Of a stretch of 64,000 nucleotides of DNA, positions 51,901 through 64,000 are shown piece by piece. A program made the position numbers and the translations under genes. Below the pieces are notes generated by a model that worked only from the letters and a program-made list of their open reading frames with translations, had not been told where the DNA came from and did not search any database. Location of the stretch: the NCBI GenBank assembly GCA_051294375.1, contig CM119263.1:25090688-25154687 (forward strand), read 5' to 3'. Each line of letters opens with the position of its first letter. The stretch's first letter is position 1. This stretch comes from Paraspadella gotoi (Eukaryota > Animalia > Chaetognatha).

Positions 51901-53685
51901 GGGACGTACTGGTCCACTTGGCGGGCGCCAATCGCCTCAACCCGACCCTCTTCGCGTTGGAGGCCCTGGACGCGGAAGGCAACCTCGTCAACTTCAAACC
52001 GAACACAAAATTGAGCGACTTGAAGACCGTCGAGGAAGTTGCCTTCGCGCGGAAGAACGGTGAGTCTGTCGACGAAGAGTAGAGAATTGTCTCTTTTGAT
52101 GTACGAATCTAAATTTTAGTTCTTCTCTAACTTTCATCTCATATATATACTAAAAGATATGCTATTTTACGCAGGTCCGAGGTCTCGTGATTTTCACCGC
52201 TCACTTTCTAGTCTCAACGGCGGCTGCGGCGGAAGCGTCGTCAGCGGCGGCAGCCAATCGCTTTTTCACGAAAGAAATCGATTCTCGATATCCGAGAAAA
52301 CATCCTCATCGTCTTACGGTAAATCGCGATGGTTACTGTGATTGTCTTTGTCGCTGAGGTTTAACGAAATATATCGAAATCGCTCATGACTTCTTTTCGC
52401 CTAAAAAAGGTTTTTCGAGATCCTTCAAGCCAACCTCGCCCGCCCCGTCTTTCCTCGCCTCCTCGACGGTCTCGAATTCGTCCTTCGCCATCGACGCCAT
52501 CCAACCACGTCACGACGCCACTGACGCATCTCTTCTCCGCCACGACGTCGTCAACGCCCCTTGGTCGCGTCAAGACTCATCAGTGACTCCAGCGCCGCCA
52601 CCGAGAAGCAAGAAATCCAAGGCGCCTCTTCCTCCTTCACTGTCGGCTGCGGCGAAAAACGCGCCGTTCGAGGTTGTTGTTGTTGTTATGATGTTGTCAT
52701 GAAGATTTTTAAATTGTCTCTATCTCTAACAACGCAAAAATGTTTATGGTGTGCAGGAGTTAATTACCGTTTAAGAATAAACCATTCTTGATCTGAACCT
52801 CGTCCGATTGACTCCTGCCACAATGGTCCAAAAAGTTCAATTAATTATATTTCAACTGACAATTTTACGATATATTTAAAAGTTTAATTAGATTAAGGTT
52901 TCATATATATTAATATTTCCCTCGATAATTTCCGACCCCAGGTGACGAGCCGTTTTCGTGGTCAACCTCCCAGGAAATCAGAAGCACCTCATCCGCGTCG
53001 GCCCCACTTGGAGCCTCCAACGCCTCCTCCACGAAGTCATCGAGGGGCAGAGGAGTTTAAAGGCGAAGGTGGAAACCGATCGTCGAGTCGAGGACGTCTT
53101 CGGCTTTGCAATTCCGGGTGAGGAAAGGCGAAAAGATGACTCTTGGTAGTGGCAGAGATATGAACGGTTATGTAATTGTAATGTATAATGTGTAATGTAT
53201 AATAATTGTATATGTTCCAAGTTGTATGATATAAAGATAATGGATAATTTTTATATTGGTAGTACCAATGTCATAAAGAAAAGATAGGATGCGTTGTTTA
53301 AAATTAATAATAATTTTTAAACAATGAACCTTTCTTCCAAATGGCTCTGGCTAGATATTCTCGAAAAAGTCGAAAAACCACATTTTGCGGTTTGAAATGA
53401 AAAAAGAATTTAAAGGTGAACGACCGAAACGGCAAAGTTGGCATAATTGCAGCAAGCCTTTTTGTGAAGATGACAATAGCAATATTTTTACATTTAACAA
53501 CAACGATTAAACGATTCGAAAACTCTGCCTCGAGCGAGATGCATATAAATGAAATTGGTACAACCATTATATATTAATATAATATATAATATATTAATAT
53601 TAATATATTATTTCTACCGCCCACGTTTAAAACGTAATTACTCACAGTTGGCAAACCTTTTTTCAAAGACGATCCTAAAATTACT

Positions 53686-53737
<52 letters not shown>

Positions 53738-53867
53738 CTCCTCTCTCTCCCTCCTTCCCTCCAGGCGACGAGGAGGTGGACGGGTGCCCCATCGTCGAAT
53801 CATTGGGACCTCGACGTCACTGTGGAGCAACTCGACTGTCGAGAAATCTCTTTGGTGCAGCTCGATG
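48981..53867 (+). CDS. COBL: Cordon-bleu-like protein (KRAP motifs plus two ubiquitin-like Cobl folds); exons 48981-49787, 50063-50640, 50738-51809, 51890-52059, 52175-52318, 52410-52672, 52942-53117, 53765-53867; 3' continuation uncertain
   Basis: KRRAPPPP, KGRAPPPP, KKRAAPP and KSKAPLPP motifs. INVILPG...MRDVLVHLAGANRLNPTLFALE...FKPNTKL matches the Cobl domain signature (LNP, FKPNT). Second fold PFE|VTSRFVVNLPGNQKHLIRVGP...LDLDVTVEQLDCREI. All splice phases agree after removing two single-base homopolymer insertions and a gap overlap. Confidence 0.8.
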
Positions 53868-53876
53868 GTAGGCGGG

Positions 53877-53944
<68 letters not shown>

Positions 53945-54186
53945 GAGAAAGACGAGAGAGAGAGAGAGAGAGGTTTTTCATTATTCCTCTAATTAAAATT
54001 CCGACGCTGACAACCACACATTTAAGCTTGGACCTGTTTACCAGAAAATTCCTAATTATTCTGCGACAGAATTATCGCGTTGATAAAATGAATGACTATT
54101 TTGATCGGCCTCTTCGGGAATTGTTGTTGCTTTGTATTTTGGTAAAGGTTACGAGATCAAAAAAAAAAAAACGTAAAGAAACAAAG

Positions 54187-56681
<2,495 letters not shown>

Positions 56682-56877
56682 GTTTTTTTTTTTCATTAAA
56701 AAAAAAGGAAAACTTTAATTGAAAATTAGCTGTCAAGAAAAAACCAGAAAAGTTTCCGTATGTTTTGGTTTTGGGTCTGATCCTTTTCAACACGAAACGG
56801 TCAACCGGAAGCAGCAACTTTTGCGTGTTTTTCCTTTCTTTTTTAATTTTGGTTACATGTTTTTTTCTCTTTTTTTT

Positions 56878-56960
<83 letters not shown>

Positions 56961-57514
56961 ATTTTTATTTCTATTCGGGTGAGTCTTCATGCATTCTTTC
57001 CTTCCCTCTTTCATCCATTCTTTGAATCTACAAAAGATTAGAATAACCAAAAAATAAATTATGCAAATCGGTTGTAAATAATCGTCGAGGACAGAAGATC
57101 CCAGTTTCGATCGTGTTTACGTTACAGTTAAGAACAAATCGAATATATGAACTGACCGACTTAACTTACTCCTTTAAAAAACGGTCTGCATATTTCTATT
57201 TTTAAATTTCAAATTTCATAATCGGATATCGTAACGACGCGGGTTCCGTCTCTAAACCCGAGCGCTCGTTAAATCCGATCCCTTCGCCCGCAAGGTGGGC
57301 CGCCTCGGCCGAATCACAAACCCGACCGACAAAGGACGACGAAGACGACAAACGCCCGACCTTATACGATTCTTTTTTTTTTTTTTTTTTTGCAATTCCC
57401 ATTGGCTTTTTTGAATTTACCAGGATTCGTGTACGAAGCTAAGGAAAGGCCATCGGACAGAAAATCCTTGAAATCTTGTTCAAAAACAAGTTATTTATTT
57501 TCATTGAATCTCAT

Positions 57515-57616
<102 letters not shown>

Positions 57617-57910
57617 CTCCACCTCAGAAACGGGTTTCTCCGTATCGGGTATTCGTCATTCGCGAGTAGGAGACGACGAAATTTGACGCGAAACTGGATT
57701 TTTTTTTTCCGAGGAGGGAAACTTCGTCAAAAGTTTTAGCGCCATTAAAAAAAAAAAACGAGTCCTCGTTAAATGAGAAAGAATCTAAAATAAAAAAAAG
57801 GATTAACTATCATTGGCGACGTTGAAATTGTTACATTGTCATTGGCGATATTAATGAGAAATACTTTCGTCTTTTTCTTTGTCCGGATTTAGCTTACGAA
57901 ACTGCGGAAC

Positions 57911-60900
57911 ATGGCGTCGAACGAAAGTGAGTTTGCTTGACGAACAGACGATCAAATAATATTATACAAAAAACAAACAAACTAAAAAAACAAACAAACA
58001 AAACGAATCAAAACAAGTTTTTTCTTACACGAATTCTTTGCTATTACAAATCTTTTTCGTCTTTTTCTTAAATGTATTTAAGACCTTACCATTGGAAAAT
58101 ACAATCTTTTTCGGCGTATTTTAAACCATTTGTACAATAACTCGATAGCTCCTCAACCCCACCCTTCAAAAAAAAAAAAAAAAAATAGTATTTGCGCATC
58201 TGAGCATTAACTTTCTCATGCGTGACATTTTTTTTCAAGATCTTTACGATAATTTTTCGGACAAGAAACAAGGACCAATGTTTTTTTTTTCTGATGGTAA
58301 AGTCTTTCGTAAAATTTTAAATGTTTTTAAATTTCTCTCTTTCACTCAAAGATTCTCACAGAATGAAACCATCTCAAATCTCAATGACTCGGAACTCACT
58401 TTTTCTCTGCTCTTTGTTTCGTTCTCCAATTCTCCCCGTTTCATTCTTTCTCCCTCTCTGTCTCTCTCCCTCTCTCCCTCACCCTCTGACAGGCGTTCCG
58501 CGTCAGCGTCACTCGGTGGACATGGTGGACTTTCCGCGCGGGAACGTTTCCATTCAACCAGTGCCACCCGGCGGGCGTAGGCTGGTCCCCGTCACGATCG
58601 TCGGCCCCCGACCCTCGAAAAAAAGGCGAGAAAGAAAAAAAAAAAAAGGAAAATCGTTCTCATTTCTTACTTAAAAGAGAGTAATATAACTAATACATTT
58701 AAAAAAAAACACAGTGAAAAATTTCTTTTTCCCCTTTCTTAAAACAATACTTACGAGTACAAAAATGCAAAAGTACCAAAAGAGTTACACGTCACGTGAC
58801 TTCCCCCCCCCCTAATTTTCTCCAGACCCAAGGCCAAATCGGTGAACAGCCTGCGGTCCATCGCCCATCCCCTCCCCAAAGACAAGCTCGGCAACGTCCC
58901 CAGAGACAAGCTCCGCTACGTCCCCGTAGCCGTCGTCCACAAGAGTCGCGCCGCCCCGACCCCGCCCATTCGGCCACTCGGGGTGGAAGTGGTCAACGCG
59001 AGGTATGGGTGGTGATCAAAGGTGGTTCTTCAGAATGACGCCTTTTGATCGTGGAAGCGATGCGTGGGTATGTCTCTGTGCCTTTTTGTGAGTCGTTGTC
59101 ATTATGTTTACGATTATGTTAATGATGATTTTGAGGAAGTTGATTTTTTTTTTCTTTCGCCGTTTCTCGTTCAGAAACAAAAAGGTTTTGCGACCGTCTT
59201 TGACTGGGTAAGGGTATAAGCCTCAGTTACTTAGGGACCTTCGCACTCAATGTTATACGATCAATTCTGATACCGAGGCGATACAATATCTATCATATCC
59301 TAATTACTCGGATTCGTGGCGCTTGGATAATAAAAATAAAAAGAAGACGTAACTAAAAATGTTTTTTTTATCATTCATGCACCGTGCCTACTACGCCTAC
59401 TGGTTTTTTTTTTATCCCTAATACGCGATCAGATTTTAAAATTTAAAAAAAATCCTTTTTCTTTTTTAGTCCGATTTACGAGAATCAATCGGCCGTGCTC
59501 CCTTCCAATTACGCCACCCATCCCAACGTCCGCTATCCCAAGGGAGTCGCCGAGTTTGTCCCTTCTTGGAAGGTGAGTTTTTATTTTTTTTAGAAACACG
59601 TTTTAGTTTTTTGTTTTGTTTTTGTTTTCAGCAATCTAACCTCTACTCTCTTGTTTCAAGGATAAAGATCATCCCATTCCGACCCCACCGCCGAGCCCTG
59701 ATGTCAACAATCAGGTAAGTCGTCGATGGTGTTGAAGGCGATTTGTTGTGTTACTGTTGTTGTTTCAGTCACCAGATTAATTATTGTCTCTTCACTGTTT
59801 TAAATCTATCCGAGTTAAGGTGTGATTTCTTATGATAGCTTCCACCCTAAAACTTGATCTCAGATGGAACACGATGTGGTTCTTTCAAAGAAAAACAGTT
59901 TGGATGAATTTGCGCCGGAAGTTCCACCAAAAAATTACGACAACGAAATATACGTCAACGGAAACGTCAATGCAAAAACTAGTCAGGTTATATTTGGAGT
60001 TATTTCGAATGCATTAATAATACTGTATATTGAAGCTCAATATAGTATTTTCTTTTCTATCATCGACGAACCACAACAACAACAAGAACATATATTTTCT
60101 TTGAAATATTAAAAAATCAAAAATACTTTTGCTATCTAGATCCCTGATCACGAAGAAGCTCAGCCCGATGGGATGCCTAAATTCATTCCTAATGGCCGAA
60201 AAAGGTGATTACCACTTGTTTGAGACTAGATTTTTTTGGGTAAGACGTATCCTTAATAAATTGTGTTATTACTTTAACAGGGACTCGAATCCGACCCCAC
60301 CAAGTAAGTTACATATATAATTTTTTTCCTTTACTTTGCATGAGAAATCTACTGGTCCATTGCATTCTTAAATGCCATAGTATTACTGCCCTCCACCTCA
60401 ATTTGCGCATTTTAAAATTTTGCTTAACACTATGAGCAAAACTTATATAGATTGTATTGTTTGTTATTAGGAAATAGCCTTTTAGTTTTACAATAACCGC
60501 ATGAGCTGTTTCAGCCCGTTTGTGTTCTTGTGTTTTTTGATCTACTTAATGAATAGGTAGTAAGTTGAATAAAAGATCAGTGATTTTTGCTAACCAAAAA
60601 TTGTCCCGTAACTCCCGATCTCTAAACTTCCAAAAGACGAGAGTCCACCCGGTTCTCCCACCCCGAGCTCCGTCTCCATGAACACGGATCAATACCCAAG
60701 TTTCGATCGGCAAATGAGTTCCTTTAAACCGGAGGATGAGGAGGACCTGGAGAAGTTGTTTAGAACTTACCCTGTCAACAGGACGACTGTCCCCATGTCG
60801 GAATCCCCAGAGTTGGAGTTGGAGGTTGAGTCGGCCGACGTGGACGAACCAGAGTTTCGGTCAGCGCCCATCAATTTCGAAACGCCACAGATCAGAGTCT

Positions 60901-63900
60901 CTTCGCCGGAGAGCGATAAATCGACGCCGGTTCGAATCGCCACACCGGAGCCGATCGTGCCTCGTTTAAAGCAAGAGAAACCGGTTCAGTCCGCGCCCCC
61001 TTCCACCATTCATTTGGCGAAGAACGTCAATTATCCCGATGACCAAGCGATTCCGGCCAAAATCACAATAGAAGTTGAAAAACCCATGGCGCCAACCGAG
61101 GGCAAGCAGCTAATCTTCGATTGTAACCTTCATGGAGAAATCGAGTCGTCGGATCTGCCCAAGACCGTCACATTTAATGGCTTCATCATTCCCAAGGACC
61201 AAGAGAAGGCCTCAGAAGAGCCCAACAGCCGATCTAGCCCCGAGGACATGGAGTTGGTTGTCCCAGACATTGTATCAAGAAACAAATCTGTTGTGGTAAA
61301 CCAGAGGGCGCCGAAAAGGCCCCAAACGCCTGAACTGGAGGAAGAAGAAGATTTGACAAATTCTGAGACTGAATTTGAAGTAGAAAATGACAGGGTGGAA
61401 ATTCAGTTTGAGGAATATCACCACGCCCCTCCTGTTGTCGTTAAAAATGCTACCACTGCATTGCAGTCCAAGCCACCCAAGCCAACCGGATGTGATCGCG
61501 AGACTCAAACTTTGAAAGAAATCATCGAGATTGAAAAGGTAAAAAACGAGAATCAGGAAACACAAACGGAGGAGACAAGCAAGAAAAGAGTTATGGTGGA
61601 AGACAAGGCTTTGGGCGATAACGACGTCAACAACTTTCAAGAAAGAGAAACGCAAACAAAAAGGAGAAAATTAAAAGACAAAGGGATGGGAGAAAAAAGA
61701 CTTTGGGATTTGACCGAGACTGAAATTCAAACAGAGCGGGAAATTCCAATTTCAACTTCGACTGTATCCTGTGGAACTGAATTGACGCAGATGTCAGATG
61801 CTTCTTGTTTAACTGATACTGTAGAAATTCCTGAATTGAATGCTGATATAATTAAACCAACTTTTGAAGTGACTCAAAAGTCAGCCTTTGTTGCAGAGCC
61901 TCCACAGGTGTCCATGATTGACAAAGCATCCGGAAATGATGAGATAGTTTCTCTCAATGAAATAGAAACCCAAACCACGATGGCAACAAAACATGTTTCT
62001 TGTTTCACGGAAGTGACAAAGACAGAAGACGTATCATGCACAACTGATAAAATGATAACAAAAGATGTTTCTTGCTCAGTTGAGATACCGAAGGTATCAT
62101 TGCAGGACCAAGCATCCGGCGATGGAATGTTACAAATCCTTAATGAGATTGAAACTCAAACCAACATAGAAGTAAAGCATAAAGCATCAGGTGACAATGA
62201 AGTTGCTTATCTTAGTGAGATGGAAACCCAAACTTACCTTGCTACAGAATCCAAAACTGATGTTGCCTGCTTCACGGATTCAATCAGTAGAAAAGAGAAA
62301 TCCTGCTTAACTGATCCTCCAAACATCTTATTTCTTGATAAAGCTTCAGGCGAAACCGAATTGCCTACATATTCAGAAATGGAAACTCAAACAAACGAAT
62401 TTCTTGTGGCGAAGAGTGCAGAAAGTTTTCAACAAGCTGCTCCTTTGATTGAACCAGCTAAAACTGTAATGGTTGATAAAGCATCGGGGAAAAACGTAAC
62501 TATGGAAATTAATGAAGTCGACACACAAACAGAGAATGTTAATATTAACTTCAATGAGTTGAAAGAGGCCTCTAGCTCTACAGATATAATGCAGACAGAA
62601 GATGTCGCATGCTTGACTGAGCTGCCAAAAATGCAGGAAGTATCAACCTCAACTACAAAAGTGACATTACAAGAAAGAGGTACTGGCGATGTTGAAATAA
62701 ATAAAACTGTGGAGGCATCATGCTCCACAGAGATAATTAAAACTAATGAAGTATCAACGACCACTTCTTCCACATATTTAAAAGATACCGCAACTGGTGA
62801 CAGGATAATTTCAGAAAGCATTGATGTTTCTTGCATTACTGAAAATCCTGAAATGTTAGAAGCTACTACCTGCACTCCAACTTTTTCTTTGGAAGATTCT
62901 GCCGTTGGTGATAGCAGGATTATTGAAAGTAGGGATGTATCTTGTCTGACGGACATTCCCAAGACAAATGAGGTATCAACAGCCACTAAAAATATTGTAT
63001 TGCAGGATACTGCATCTGGAGATGATAGATTAACAGAAACTATTGATGCATCTTGCATAACAGATACTCCTAAAACAATGGAGGCTTCCACTAATAGTCC
63101 AATTGTTTCTTTTAAAGATGCATCTAGTATTACCCTTTTACCAAGTAAGCAAGAATCATCAACAAGTACTCCAGAGATTAAAGTAAAAGATTCATCATTT
63201 GGAGACAGAATAATCACGGAAAATATTGATGCTTCTTGTTCTACAGATTTACCTAAAACGCAAGATGCAACAACTGGCACTCCAAAAACTATCTCGCAAG
63301 ATGCTGCATCAGGGGACAACAAAATTTTCAATAATAGAGATGCATCAAGTAGCACAGATTTGACAAGCACAGTTGAAGCCTCAACTGAAACACCTACCAT
63401 TAAATTAAGTGATACTGCAACAGGAGACCGAAAAATTCCGGAGACTATTGATACAGCTTGCTTAACAGATTTACCAGAAAAATTTGATGTAGCTGTTGAA
63501 ACTAATGTACCAGAAGAAATAATAAATGAAAAAAAAAAGGATTTACATGCTAATTACCGACCTATAATGATCAAGGATGAAAACATTTTAAATTCAGAAC
63601 TTAAAAAAGACACTATCAGTAAAAAAATTAGTAAATATTCTCCAGAAAATGATTTTAAAGAAACGGAGCCTGTGAATGATGAAGAAGAAATTATTAATAC
63701 TGAGGAACCAGAATTTCAAGAAAGTCCGGATTACCTACATTTTAATATTTCAAATGAACCTGAATTGAACATAAAAGAAACTGTTGGTAAAGAAAGAGAT
63801 AAGGAAGGTGAAACTAAGAATAATGCTGGTGATATAAAAATACCAACACCCTTTAGCAATGAAGCAGAAAATGTAAAACCTCTAATACCTTCATTGTTTG

Positions 63901-64000
63901 GTGATTTTGAGTTGGAGGTGACAAAACCCTCAAAACCCGCTTCTTTGTTTAGTGATTTTGATATTGAGAAGGCAATAAAGTCGGAAATAATTGCAACCCC
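57911..64000 (+). CDS. Large, mostly disordered protein with a TQT-motif array and 37-aa repeats; exons 57911-57926, 58493-58625 (GC donor), 58826-59002, 59470-59572, 59661-59714, 59864-59986, 60140-60204, 60281-60303, 60637->64000
   Basis: aacATGGCGTCGAACGAAA|gtgagt first exon. Phases chain without stops (MASNESVPRQRHSVD...KSRAAPTPP...PIYENQ...APEVPPKNY...). The final exon reads open for >1100 codons to the window edge, which is why the ORF track omits it. Confidence 0.8.
62667..63505 (+). repeat. Coding tandem repeat, 111 nt / 37 aa, ~7 units
   Basis: Gly-Asp anchor codons at 62685, 62796, 62907, 63018, 63201, 63312 and 63423 (spacing 111, one spacing of 183). Example unit: LKDTATGDRIISESIDVSCITENPEMLEATTCTPTFS. 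Confidence 0.9.

Noticed and set aside
62429-63400. 323-aa minus-strand ORF in the ORF track
   Set aside because: Antisense shadow of the repetitive plus-strand exon, which is longer and splice-linked.

Overview
Eukaryotic genomic scaffold from an invertebrate bilaterian animal (species not identifiable from the sequence). It has short GT-AG introns, many (AG)n/(GTC)n microsatellites, N-gaps and patches that look like uncorrected long-read gap fill. Left to right: (1) a tandem array of divergent SLC36/PAT-like amino-acid transporter paralogues, partly duplicated by assembly artefact, with a 55-bp minisatellite built from one paralogue's own last codons and stop; (2) a ~23-kb gene-free region holding a MITE, TCF/LEF motifs and a Penelope-like inverted-repeat element with a minimal hammerhead ribozyme; (3) an unusually long Cdx/caudal ParaHox gene with no Xlox or Gsx next to it; (4) a convergent, two-exon acid sphingomyelinase; (5) a Cordon-bleu-like gene (KRAP motifs plus tandem ubiquitin-like Cobl domains); (6) a 7-exon ankyrin-repeat gene on the opposite strand; (7) a multi-exon gene, either separate or the 3' part of the Cobl-like gene. 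Its >3.3-kb exon, absent from the ORF track, encodes an array of TQT (LC8/DYNLL-type) motifs followed by a 37-aa repeat. All gene models were built by hand from splice signals and reading-frame phase; no database searches were run.
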